From Patescibacteria group bacterium (GTDB lineage: Bacteria > Patescibacteriota > Patescibacteriia > UBA9570 > JAHJKD01), in NCBI GenBank assembly GCA_041660885.1, contig JBAZVM010000001.1:38698-102697 (forward strand): a stretch of DNA of 64,000 nt, written 5' to 3'. The notes beneath the pieces are model-generated. The model was not told the DNA's origin, did no database searches, and saw only the letters and a program-made list of their open reading frames with translations. This document shows, piece after piece, positions 52,648 through 61,838 of the stretch. Both the position numbers and the translations under genes were made by a program. How positions within the stretch are numbered: position 1 is the first letter of the stretch; every line of letters begins with the position of its first letter.

Positions 52648-53859
52648 ATGTCAACAATTACGGATAAAAATAAAATCGAGGGAGTTTTAACTCGAGGAGT
52701 AGATACGATTTACCCCAATAAAAAGCGCCTGGAAGAAAAAATGCGCCGGGGTGAGCGATTGACCCTGTATTTTGGCGTGGATCCCACAGGCTTCGATTTG
52801 CATATTGGCCATAGCGTGCCGTTAAGAAAATTAGCGCAGTTTCAGCAGCTGGGGCACCGGGTGATTTTGCTCATCGGAGATTTCACCGGCATGATCGGAG
52901 ATCCCTCGGGCAAAGACAAAACCAGAAAACCGCTTACGCGTGAGCAGGTGCTTAAAAATGCCAAAGATTACAAGCGGCAAGCGGCCAAGATTTTAGATTT
53001 CGACAATAAAACCAATCCCATAGAAATTAAATTCAACAGCAGTTGGTTGGCCAAATTAACTCTTAAAGAAGTGGTAGAGTTGGCTGCAAATTTTACGGTG
53101 CAACAAATGATCGAGCGTGATATGTTTGAGCGGCGCATTAAAGAACACCAACCAATTTCTTTGCATGAATTTCTTTATCCTTTAATGCAAGGGTATGACT
53201 CTGTAGCTATGAACGTGGACATGGAAATCGGCGGGTCGGATCAAACATTTAATATGTTGGCCGGTCGTACGCTGATGGATAAAATATTGCATAAAGAAAA
53301 GTTCGTTTTGTCAGTGCCACTGTTAACTGATTCCCGCGGAGTAAAAATCGGAAAAACTGAGGGCAATATTATCGCCATCTGCGCCGAACCGAATGATCTA
53401 TATGGGAAAATTATGGCTTTAGGCGATGACGTGATCATCAAAACTTTTGAATATTGCACTGATGTGCCTATGGAGAAAATCCACCAAATGGAAAAAGATC
53501 TAAAAACCGGTTTGAATCCCAAGGATTATAAAGCACGGCTAGCTTATGAAATCGTAAAAATATACAGTGGAGAAAAAGCCGCGCAAAAAGCCGGTGAAGA
53601 ATTTAAAAAACAATTCGCGGAAAAGAAAACACCCACGGAAATTCCCGAAGTAACTATAAATGGCAAAGCCACCTTGCTGGAGATTATTAAATCGATTGGT
53701 TTAGCCAGCTCTGGTTCGGAAAGCAAAAGATTAATTGAGCAAAAGGGCATAAAAATAAACGGAAAACCCATTGTAAGCTGGAAAGATAAAATTAATTTTA
53801 AAATTGGTGATATATTACAACGAGGAAGAAAATTCAAAAAAATAAAAAAAATAATTTAA
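52648..53859 (+). CDS. tyrS: Tyrosine--tRNA ligase
   Basis: YFGVDPTGFDLHIGHSVPL (HIGH), GGSDQTFN, KIGKTEG (KMSKS-like), and C-terminal S4 domain SKRLIEQKGIKINGK. Confidence 0.9.
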   Translation: MSTITDKNKIEGVLTRGVDTIYPNKKRLEEKMRRGERLTLYFGVDPTGFDLHIGHSVPLRKLAQFQQLGHRVILLIGDFTGMIGDPSGKDKTRKPLTREQVLKNAKDYKRQAAKILDFDNKTNPIEIKFNSSWLAKLTLKEVVELAANFTVQQMIERDMFERRIKEHQPISLHEFLYPLMQGYDSVAMNVDMEIGGSDQTFNMLAGRTLMDKILHKEKFVLSVPLLTDSRGVKIGKTEGNIIAICAEPNDLYGKIMALGDDVIIKTFEYCTDVPMEKIHQMEKDLKTGLNPKDYKARLAYEIVKIYSGEKAAQKAGEEFKKQFAEKKTPTEIPEVTINGKATLLEIIKSIGLASSGSESKRLIEQKGIKINGKPIVSWKDKINFKIGDILQRGRKFKKIKKII

Positions 53860-53868
53860 TCATCGTAC

Positions 53869-54081
53869 ATGAGCGATATTAAAAATAAACTGATAGCGGA
53901 AGCATGTAAAATTATCGGAGACAACTTTGGCGAAAACATGGCCAAGAATTACACTTCTTTTTATCAACAGAGAAAAACAGAAGAAATTATTGATTCTTTG
54001 TACGAATTGTTGATTGAATTTGTAGGGGAAAAAAACGCGGAAAAACAAATAAAAAATATAAAGCAAAAATATAATTTATAA
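53869..54081 (+). CDS. Hypothetical small protein
   Basis: 70-aa ORF in an otherwise empty gap, on the same strand as its neighbours. No motif recognised. Confidence 0.3.
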   Translation: MSDIKNKLIAEACKIIGDNFGENMAKNYTSFYQQRKTEEIIDSLYELLIEFVGEKNAEKQIKNIKQKYNL

Positions 54082-54085
54082 TCGT

Positions 54086-54931
54086 ATGATGAAAAAAACC
54101 ATTTTATTATCTTTAGCCATTTCCCTACTCTTTATAATTTGTTGCGCTGCTTATTTTGTCAGGCTTCTAAACGAAGAATTTGCCAATACTGTTGAGGCTT
54201 TGATATATTTAGTACCCCCGTTAATTGCCGTAATTGCTGGAATTTACGCGGTTAGTAAATATCAGATAACTAATATTACGGGTAAAACTTTAGCCTTATT
54301 TACAATCGGTTTTCTAAGCTGGTTTATTGCGGAAGTGCTTTGGGCCATACTAAAAAATATTTTATTAATTGACGCTTTTCCATCTTGCGCCGATATTTTT
54401 TATTTGGCTGCATATTTTTTTATTTTTGCCGGGTTGATTACTTATCTAAAAATAAGTTATATTGCTTGGAATGTTAAAAAAGTAATTATTGCCGTTATTT
54501 TGTTTCTTTTTTTAGGTAATATAGTCGGTTATTATGGAGTTTATGAAGCCTATGATACAACAGCGTCTTTTTTGGAAAACTTTTTTTCCATTGTTTACGG
54601 CGTAGCGGATCTATTCTTGGTTTTTATTCTGGTCATTGCTTTAATAATGGCGACCGAATATCACACGGGAAAAATTTTTCTTACTTGGTTATTCATTCTT
54701 TTTGGTTTTATTTTCATGATTTCCGCGGATATTCTTTTCGCGGTTTATTATGAGGAATATGAAGAGTGGCTGGCACCGTACCGCTATATGGATTTTTTAT
54801 GGATGGCCAGTTATTTATGTTTCGGTTATGCTCTTTTCCGTTTAGGTTTTGTTGTACAATATTTTAAAGAAAAAACTTTACCTACTTTATCTCCTCGCGG
54901 TAAAAAGAAGCCGCGTCCTCGGGGGAAATAG
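54086..54931 (+). CDS. Hypothetical polytopic membrane protein
   Basis: 281 aa with about 8 hydrophobic helices and a basic C-terminal tail. Confidence 0.5.
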   Translation: MMKKTILLSLAISLLFIICCAAYFVRLLNEEFANTVEALIYLVPPLIAVIAGIYAVSKYQITNITGKTLALFTIGFLSWFIAEVLWAILKNILLIDAFPSCADIFYLAAYFFIFAGLITYLKISYIAWNVKKVIIAVILFLFLGNIVGYYGVYEAYDTTASFLENFFSIVYGVADLFLVFILVIALIMATEYHTGKIFLTWLFILFGFIFMISADILFAVYYEEYEEWLAPYRYMDFLWMASYLCFGYALFRLGFVVQYFKEKTLPTLSPRGKKKPRPRGK

Positions 54932-55823
54932 GATTAATAATAAGGCCGGAGCCGATCTCTACGCCGGCCCAAACCGATCCTCTGGGAATCACCTTCATGT
55001 AAAGGTGCTGGTCTTCGTCGTTTATTACTTGGTGAAAGTAATAATTATAAGGCAAGCCCAAATTATCTATGGCATTCAGAACCCTTTTTAGAATATAAGC
55101 GAAAGACTTTTTTTCCGCGTCATTCAACACGGTAACATTATCGATGTGCCTTTTTGGCAGTATCCAAACTTCATAATTATGGATAGAAGCGTATGGCGCG
55201 AAACAGATTATATTTTTATCTTCCCAGATCAAGCGCGGACTTTTTCTTTCTTTGGCAATAACATCGCAGAACACGCAAGTGCCGTATTTTAATTTATAGG
55301 ATTGCGTTTTTTGCGACTTGTCAAAAAGATGCGGAGGCAAAAATTCCGTGGCGAAAATCTGCGAATGAGAATGCTGTAAAGAAGCACCGGCGCTGCCGCC
55401 ATCGTTTTTAAAGATCAAAACATATTCTATTCGAGGATTTTTAGAAATGACTTCCGTGCGCTTGGCGTAAACATCCAGCAACTTTTTAATGTGTTCTTCG
55501 GAATGATCATCCAGATGCTTGTTGTGGTCCGGCGTTTCTATCACCACCTCTTGTGTGCCATAAGCTTTGGGATTATCCAAGCTCACGGCTGGAAATTTAT
55601 TTTTTATCACATAGAACTCCCAATTTTTTTTATCGCCGACAATATGTTCCGCCTGCTCTTTGTTGACATTAATCGGGCAAAAAACGCAATTTTCCGAGAC
55701 AGGCACTTCTACCCTCCTTTTTTTAATATTGGTGTCATGTGGCCTTGCTCCCCGCCTTGGAGCGATGATTACATATTTGTCTTGAATATAGTCTTTCCTT
55801 ATTTCAGATGATATTTTTGCCAT
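54882..55823 (-). CDS. galT: GalT-family (HIT superfamily) hexose-1-phosphate nucleotidyltransferase / NDP-sugar phosphorylase
   Basis: 313 aa. Zn-site context ENCVFCPIN, active-site LQHSHSQIFA (HxHxQ), and a second half-domain with CVFCD. Last gene of the glycosyltransferase run. Confidence 0.7.
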   Translation of the reverse strand: MAKISSEIRKDYIQDKYVIIAPRRGARPHDTNIKKRRVEVPVSENCVFCPINVNKEQAEHIVGDKKNWEFYVIKNKFPAVSLDNPKAYGTQEVVIETPDHNKHLDDHSEEHIKKLLDVYAKRTEVISKNPRIEYVLIFKNDGGSAGASLQHSHSQIFATEFLPPHLFDKSQKTQSYKLKYGTCVFCDVIAKERKSPRLIWEDKNIICFAPYASIHNYEVWILPKRHIDNVTVLNDAEKKSFAYILKRVLNAIDNLGLPYNYYFHQVINDEDQHLYMKVIPRGSVWAGVEIGSGLIINPISPEDAASFYREEIK

Positions 55824-55828
55824 AAAAA

Positions 55829-57229
55829 TTATTTTAAAAGCTTAAGGTAAAGTTTTTTATATTCCAAGGCTGATTTTTTCCAAGAAAAATCCTGTTTCAT
55901 GGCCGTGCACACCATTTTATTCCATTTTGTTTTGTTTTCGTAGGCTTTGATCGCTCTTTTTATAGTTTTTAGCAGTTCTCCCGCGTCGTATTTATTAAAG
56001 CTAAAACCATTTACCCCGTCTTTTACCGTATCCTTCAGGCCTCCCGTGGCTCGTACGATGGGGATGGTGCCATAAGCCATGGCGATCATCTGCCCCAAAC
56101 CGCAAGGCTCGAACCAAGAAGGCATTAAAAACATATCGGCGCCCGCATATATGTATTGACCGAAAGCCACATCGAACATACCCAAATAATAAAACTTTTT
56201 AGGATATAAGTGCTGGATCTGTTTAAAATTATTCTCATAGAGCTCATTGCCCACTCCGGTAAAAATAAACTGCGCATTAAACTGCATCAGCTCGTCCGCT
56301 ATATCGTCTATTAAATCGATGCCTTTTTGTTTTTGCAAACGAGAAACTAAACCAATAATGGGAATATTTTCATTAATTTCCAGCCGGCATTTTTTTTGCA
56401 GGAATTTTTTATTTGCAATTTTTTTAGATAAAGTATTAATATTATATTTTTTGTAAATATATTTATCTTGATCCGGACCAAAAAAATTATAATCTATGCC
56501 ATTGATAATGCCGCTTATCTTGTGTTTATTTTGGTGCAGCTGTTTGTCTAAGTGAAAGCTGTATTCATTGGTTAAAATATCCTTGGCATATTGCGGGCTT
56601 ACGGTGTTTATTAAATCGGCGTTGTAAAGAAGGTTGGCGATGGTATTATATTCAGTGGCCCGAGGTTTGAATAAAGACGGATGCCATAACTTTGTTTTGT
56701 AATTTGGCACGATGCCCTGCATGGCCAAATTATGAATGGATAGAAGATATTTATAATTAGCGTTTTTGAAAAATTCATCTTCCTTAATAAGGGGAATCAA
56801 ATTTCCGGCATGGGAATCATTTAAATGGATTATTTGCGTCTGGAAAATATTAAGTTTCAAAAATTCTTTTAGGCACTGCGTGAAAAACATGAATTTTTCT
56901 TTGTTGGCCCCGTAAATTTTCGTTTCTTTGAAAAAATGATTGTGCCGGAATAAATACACGGGAACTTTACTGTTGGGGATGGTGGTTAAAAAAATATCTA
57001 CTAAATATTCGTAATTGCCGAAAGGTACGAGCATATTCTGGCGGATGCACTTAGTTTTAATGTTTTTCTTTTTGATTACCGAATAAAACGGCAAAGCCAC
57101 GCGAATATCAATATTCGATTTTAATAATTCTTTGGGCAAAGATCCGGCAACATCGCCCAACCCGCCAACTTTAGCCAAAGGATTAAGCTCGGCGGAGACG
57201 TATAACACTTTGATGGATTTTTTCAACAT
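55829..57229 (-). CDS. glgA: Glycogen/starch synthase (GT5), paralog 1
   Basis: VLYVSAELNPLAKVGGLGDVAGSLPK (KxGGL motif), SPQYAKDI, and PSWFEPCGLGQMIAMAYGTIPIVRATGGLKDTV. Confidence 0.85.
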   Translation of the reverse strand: MLKKSIKVLYVSAELNPLAKVGGLGDVAGSLPKELLKSNIDIRVALPFYSVIKKKNIKTKCIRQNMLVPFGNYEYLVDIFLTTIPNSKVPVYLFRHNHFFKETKIYGANKEKFMFFTQCLKEFLKLNIFQTQIIHLNDSHAGNLIPLIKEDEFFKNANYKYLLSIHNLAMQGIVPNYKTKLWHPSLFKPRATEYNTIANLLYNADLINTVSPQYAKDILTNEYSFHLDKQLHQNKHKISGIINGIDYNFFGPDQDKYIYKKYNINTLSKKIANKKFLQKKCRLEINENIPIIGLVSRLQKQKGIDLIDDIADELMQFNAQFIFTGVGNELYENNFKQIQHLYPKKFYYLGMFDVAFGQYIYAGADMFLMPSWFEPCGLGQMIAMAYGTIPIVRATGGLKDTVKDGVNGFSFNKYDAGELLKTIKRAIKAYENKTKWNKMVCTAMKQDFSWKKSALEYKKLYLKLLK

Positions 57230-57287
57230 AAAAAAAATATAATTATTACTAATTAATTATAACATTTTTAATCGATTTAAAACACTA

Positions 57288-58679
57288 TTAAGAAGAGGCG
57301 AGCTTAAGATAAAGTTTTTTATATTCCAAGGCTGATTTTTTCCAAGAAAAATCCTGTTTCATGGCCGTGCGCACCATTTTGTTCCATTTAGCTTTGTCTT
57401 CGTAAACATTTAACGCTCTTTTAATAGCCAGAAAGAGTTCGTTGGCGTCGTATTTATCAAAGCGGAAACCATTTACCCCGTCTTTTACCGTATCCTTCAG
57501 ACCTCCGGTGGCGCGCACAATGGGAATGGTGCCGTAAGCCATAGCGATCATTTGCCCCAAGCCGCAGGGCTCGAATTTTGAAGGCATTAAAAACATGTCG
57601 GCTCCGCTGTAGATGCTTTGGCTAAAGGGCAAGTTATAGGCGTTAAGAAAAAAGAATTTATGGGGATATTTTTTCACGGCATTTTTTAAAGCATTTTCTA
57701 AAGGTTCTTTGCCGGCCCCGGTAAAAACAAATTGGGCATTTAATTTAGCTAATTTCGGTATTATTTTTACGATTAATCTTATACCTTTTTGCAAAGTAAT
57801 GCGCGTAACCAAGCCTATTAATGGTGTATTGTCTTTTTTGGGAAAACCGGCCCTATATTGTAAAAAGGCCTTGTTTGATTTTTTATTATTCAGGTGATTG
57901 ATGTCGTAATTTTTTTTTGCGTATTTTTCATTTTTAGGATTGAACAGTTCGGAATCTATGCCGTTTATTATTCCTGTTATTTTTTTCTTATTTTTAAGCA
58001 AGTCAGGCAATAATTTAGTGCCATATTCTTTTGTTAATATCTCCTTGGCGTACTGCGGGCTAACCGTATTTATCCAATCGCTATAGAGAATTCCTTGCTG
58101 TAAAATATTGTAGGTGCGTTTTTTGTTATTTTCGTATAATGAGGGATGCCAAAGCTTGGTTTTGATGTTGGCCACCTTGCCCTTCATTGCCAGATTATGG
58201 ATAGTCAATAAAGATTTAATTTTTGTATTTTGAAAAAATTTATCTTTTTTAAGCAGAAGCGGCACGGCAGCTACGTGCCAGTCGTTCACATGGATGATAT
58301 CAGGCGCAAAAAAATCGTGTTTTAAAAATTCCAAAACAGCTTGCGAAAAAAACATAAACCTTTCTCTTTTTTTGGAATAGATCGGCCCCGTGCTTAACCA
58401 CTCATGATGATGCAATAAATAAAGAGGGACGGTGCTGTTCGGCAAAGTTCCCTGATAAATCGTGACTATATAATTTTTATCACCGAACGGAACAATCAAT
58501 CTATCCGTGAGCTTATGTTTCTTTATATGCTGCTCTTCGATCGTTTGATAATAAGGAATCATTACCCTTATATCTATGTTAAGATTTTTTAAGGCTTTGG
58601 GCAAAGATCCGGCGACATCGGCTAATCCGCCAACTTTAGCTAAGGGCGTCAGTTCGGCGCTTAAATATAATACTTTCAT
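57288..58679 (-). CDS. glgA: Glycogen/starch synthase (GT5), paralog 2
   Basis: MKVLYLSAELTPLAKVGGLADVAGSLPK and PSKFEPCGLGQMIAMAYGTIPIVRATGGLKDTV. The C-terminal ~95 aa are nearly identical to paralog 1. Confidence 0.85.
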   Translation of the reverse strand: MKVLYLSAELTPLAKVGGLADVAGSLPKALKNLNIDIRVMIPYYQTIEEQHIKKHKLTDRLIVPFGDKNYIVTIYQGTLPNSTVPLYLLHHHEWLSTGPIYSKKRERFMFFSQAVLEFLKHDFFAPDIIHVNDWHVAAVPLLLKKDKFFQNTKIKSLLTIHNLAMKGKVANIKTKLWHPSLYENNKKRTYNILQQGILYSDWINTVSPQYAKEILTKEYGTKLLPDLLKNKKKITGIINGIDSELFNPKNEKYAKKNYDINHLNNKKSNKAFLQYRAGFPKKDNTPLIGLVTRITLQKGIRLIVKIIPKLAKLNAQFVFTGAGKEPLENALKNAVKKYPHKFFFLNAYNLPFSQSIYSGADMFLMPSKFEPCGLGQMIAMAYGTIPIVRATGGLKDTVKDGVNGFRFDKYDANELFLAIKRALNVYEDKAKWNKMVRTAMKQDFSWKKSALEYKKLYLKLASS

Positions 58680-58689
58680 TATGTTGGAC

Positions 58690-59901
58690 TTAATTTTTTT
58701 TGGAGAGGACTTGCTTATACAAGGAGAGAGTTTTTTTAGATATTATTGGCCAAGTAAAGTTTTTTAGTACGACGGCTCTTCCCTTTTTTCCCATTTCTTT
58801 CGCTTTCTTTTTATTGCTTAATAAATATTTTATATTTTTTGCCAAGCGTAATACGTAATTTTCCGGATTGCGCGGGGAATGATCAATTTCACTGACCGAT
58901 TTAAAAGCCACCAGTAATCCTGTTTCATCCGGCACCACCACTTCGGGTATGCCACCCACGGCCGAAGCAACGACCGGCGTTTCACAAGCCATGGCTTCAA
59001 GATTAGTAATACCGAACGGTTCATAAATCGAAGGGCAGACAAAAATATTAGCATGGCTGTAAAGCTCTCGTAATACTTCGGGATTGGTAAATTCTTCTAT
59101 ATGAATTATTTTCCAGCCTCTTTTTTTCAATTGCGCAATTTTATCTTTTATTTCCTTATAAACGCTTTTTTCGTCCGGTGAAGCCGCACAAATAACCAAA
59201 GGAATTTCTTTGTTTAAATGCTCCATGGCGCGCAATAAGTATATTAATCCCTTTTGCCTGGTGATGCGCCCGACAAATAAAAGATATGGCCATTTTGGGT
59301 TGATGCCGTATTTTTTTAAATGATCGGTTTTTTTGGTTTTGGAAAAATATTTTGTAGTTATTCCGTTATAAATCACCTCTACTTTAGCTGGAGAAACATC
59401 ATAGCAACGAAGAATATTTATTTTCATGTCATCGGAAACCGCGATTACTTTATCAGCATTTTCCACGGCCAGTTTTTCCATCCAACAAGACATGTCGTAG
59501 CCCGAGCCAAGCTGTTCGCGCTTCCACGGGCGCAGTGGTTCTATGCTGTGCATAGTTATAATTAAAGGCAAGCCATATAATTTTTTCATTAAAAAGCCGG
59601 CGTAATTCGTGTACCAGGTATGGCAGTGGATTAAATCCACGTCTGGTTTTTTGCTGGCCATTCTGATAGAAACTGATTTTGCCTCCAAAACATTAGTCAG
59701 CCTTTTATCCTTGATTGATAATCCCGAGCAGCTCGCGTAGCCGCGTACTTTCAAATTTTTTTCGGCAAAATTTTGATCTCCGAAGCATTTAACGTTAACT
59801 TGGTTAGTTTTAATCAACTCTTTTACCAAAGCCGCCACATGCACTCCGGCGCCGCCGTATACATACGGAGGATATTCTTTAGTGAGTATGCCGATTTTCA
59901 T
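58690..59901 (-). CDS. GT4 glycosyltransferase of the 'Corynebacterium-family glycogen synthase' / GlgM-like type
   Basis: MKIGILTKEYPPYVYGGAGVHVAALVKEL, CHTWYT, and PSIYEPFGITNLEAMACETPVVASAVGGIPEVV (GT4 E-x7-E region). Confidence 0.7.
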   Translation of the reverse strand: MKIGILTKEYPPYVYGGAGVHVAALVKELIKTNQVNVKCFGDQNFAEKNLKVRGYASCSGLSIKDKRLTNVLEAKSVSIRMASKKPDVDLIHCHTWYTNYAGFLMKKLYGLPLIITMHSIEPLRPWKREQLGSGYDMSCWMEKLAVENADKVIAVSDDMKINILRCYDVSPAKVEVIYNGITTKYFSKTKKTDHLKKYGINPKWPYLLFVGRITRQKGLIYLLRAMEHLNKEIPLVICAASPDEKSVYKEIKDKIAQLKKRGWKIIHIEEFTNPEVLRELYSHANIFVCPSIYEPFGITNLEAMACETPVVASAVGGIPEVVVPDETGLLVAFKSVSEIDHSPRNPENYVLRLAKNIKYLLSNKKKAKEMGKKGRAVVLKNFTWPIISKKTLSLYKQVLSKKN

Positions 59902-59916
59902 ATGTGGTTTTTTATT

Positions 59917-60390
59917 TTATAAATTATAGTAAACGTTTTTTTCCGGATTGATAATAAAGCCTTTCATGTCTTCTTTGCCTACGAGAAAAAGATATTTCAA
60001 ATGAGCTCTGTCCACTAAAGACGCTTTGGTTTTTATCTTTTTTCCCTTTAAAGAAAATTTTATTCTGAAATAAGGACGTATGGAAAAGCCGTTAGTGGCT
60101 GGAATCAATTTTACATCCACCAAGCCCGGGCATTTTTTTATTAAGTCTTTCTTATATTTATTTTTTATTTCTTTCTTGATGCGCGTAAAATTATTTTTGT
60201 TTATTTTAAATTTCGGACAATTTTTTTTAAAAGCGATAAGCGAGCCCGAGTAGCCTAACTTTTTTGCCAAGGATTTATCAATGGCCGAATAATGGGCGCC
60301 GGTATCTATTTTGGCTTGTAAACGAATAAATTTTTTATTGGGCAAGTATAGTTTTACTTCTTCAATCAGCCCCAAAATATTTTTAGACAT
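59917..60390 (-). CDS. Free-standing DUF785 / COG4067 domain protein ('ATP-dependent zinc protease' annotation family, retropepsin-like DTG motif)
   Basis: 157 aa. ILGLIEEVKLYLPNKKFIRLQAKIDTGAHYSAID ... RPYFRIKFSLKGKKIKTKASLVDRAHLKYLFLVGKEDMKGFIINP. Collinear with the C-terminal domain of the upstream ATP-grasp protein. Confidence 0.65.
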   Translation of the reverse strand: MSKNILGLIEEVKLYLPNKKFIRLQAKIDTGAHYSAIDKSLAKKLGYSGSLIAFKKNCPKFKINKNNFTRIKKEIKNKYKKDLIKKCPGLVDVKLIPATNGFSIRPYFRIKFSLKGKKIKTKASLVDRAHLKYLFLVGKEDMKGFIINPEKNVYYNL

Positions 60391-60392
60391 AA

Positions 60393-61838
60393 TTATCTAG
60401 TTAATGATTTAGCCGGATCTATTAAAAATTGTTTTAAATCCTGCCTGCCCACGATAAACGGGTAAGTTAATTCGTCGTTGTTGCTTATCGCTGCTTCCGT
60501 ATTTATTTTTTTGCCTTTTACCAAGAAAGAAAGATACACTTTTGGACGCAAGATATAATCATTGCCTCTTTTAACGCCCACTATTTTGGTTATGCCTGTT
60601 TCCGCCGGATTATTTTTTTTATTTAATTCGTCTTCGATCTCGTTAATATGTTTAGCTAATATTTTTTCTTTCGTAACGAGGCTGTCAAAGGCCTTGATGG
60701 CTTTTTCAAACCCAAGTTTGGCGCCCAAATCTCTGTTAAATGTCGTAGAGACCATGCCCGTATCTATTTTTGCTCTGATGCTTTCCCTTTTGTTGTCTGG
60801 TAAAATTATCGTAACCAGTTCCATGAAACCAAGAATTTTTTTATCGTCTGCGTCTTTAATGATCAGCGGATCTTCTTTGCTAAAAAGATCTTTCGCCACT
60901 TTAATTCCTTGGCTGGCGGAAGTTATTTTCAAATCCGCCACTTTTCTTAGACGATCTTTTAAGGGAAGCAGATTTGCGTTTTGTATGGAAAGGCCGGGAT
61001 GGCCGTTGATTTCCAAAATAACAGGGCCCTTATCTTTGTCTATAACAATATCCACTCCGCTATAGCCCAGGCCCGAGGCTTGGCTGGCTTTTACGGCAAT
61101 GGTTAGCAAATCTTCCCAATCGGCAATGGCAAACCCATGTAAAGGATTATTGGTGTCCGGGTGGTTTTTTATCAATTTATCTTTATAAGTGGCATAAGTG
61201 GTAACGCCTGTGATAAGATCGATGCCCGCGCCAATGCCTCCTTGGTGGAGATTCGCTTTTCCATCCGATTCTTTCGTGGGCAAACGAAGCATGGCCATGA
61301 CCGGCACATTATTAAAAATAAGAATTCTAATATCGGGCATACCCTGCCAGCTGATTTTTTTAAAATCCGGGTGCAGGCGCAAGCGTTCTTCAAAAAAAGC
61401 CACGTCAGGAATGTTGGAAAAAGAAAAATTACCATCCAAAATATTGGAAGTGTGTGCCACCAAATCTTCCACTTTGATTTCTTTATCGCCCGTACCCACC
61501 CAAAGCCCGTTTTTTTTCTTGCCAAAGACCAGCATAATGCCGCCTCCGCCCAATCCGTGATTGGGTTTAAGCACGAAACTTTCCGGAAGATTTTGCCAAT
61601 TAAAAGTAAGAAGCTCTCTACGATCTTTAATTACTCCATAAAGCTTAGCCACGGGCAATCCGGCTTTTTCTAAAACCAATTTGGTTTGCAATTTATCATT
61701 AGCCAAGCTGACAGCCTTTTTTTTGTTATACTGCCTGATGAATTGCAAATTGCGGGCGTTCATGCCCAGAATTTTTTTTCTATTTTGTAGCAGGCGGAGC
61801 ATTTTTAAATAATTTTCTAAATCTAAAATATTCCACAA
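60393..61838 (-). CDS. RimK-related ATP-grasp ligase ('alpha-L-glutamate ligase-like') fused to a C-terminal DUF785 retropepsin-like domain
   Basis: ILGMNARNLQFIRQYN, DKLQTKLVLEKAGLPVAKLYG, FVLKPNHGLGGGGI, and the late GVDIVIDKDKGPVILEINGHPGL (ATP-grasp Mg site). The C-terminus has ILGFMELVTIILPDNKRESIRAKIDTGMVSTTFN...RPKVYLSFLVKGKKINTEAAISNNDELTYPFIVGRQDLKQFLIDP. The start may be the ATG at 61802. Confidence 0.7.
   Translation of the reverse strand: MWNILDLENYLKMLRLLQNRKKILGMNARNLQFIRQYNKKKAVSLANDKLQTKLVLEKAGLPVAKLYGVIKDRRELLTFNWQNLPESFVLKPNHGLGGGGIMLVFGKKKNGLWVGTGDKEIKVEDLVAHTSNILDGNFSFSNIPDVAFFEERLRLHPDFKKISWQGMPDIRILIFNNVPVMAMLRLPTKESDGKANLHQGGIGAGIDLITGVTTYATYKDKLIKNHPDTNNPLHGFAIADWEDLLTIAVKASQASGLGYSGVDIVIDKDKGPVILEINGHPGLSIQNANLLPLKDRLRKVADLKITSASQGIKVAKDLFSKEDPLIIKDADDKKILGFMELVTIILPDNKRESIRAKIDTGMVSTTFNRDLGAKLGFEKAIKAFDSLVTKEKILAKHINEIEDELNKKNNPAETGITKIVGVKRGNDYILRPKVYLSFLVKGKKINTEAAISNNDELTYPFIVGRQDLKQFLIDPAKSLTR

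Noticed and set aside
54882-54931. 50-nt convergent overlap between the membrane-protein gene and the GalT-like gene (similarly 44254-44294 for tsaE/PRC-barrel)
   Set aside because: Probably just compact 3' ends, or a slightly over-extended basic tail on the membrane protein. There is no evidence of a regulatory antisense arrangement from sequence alone.
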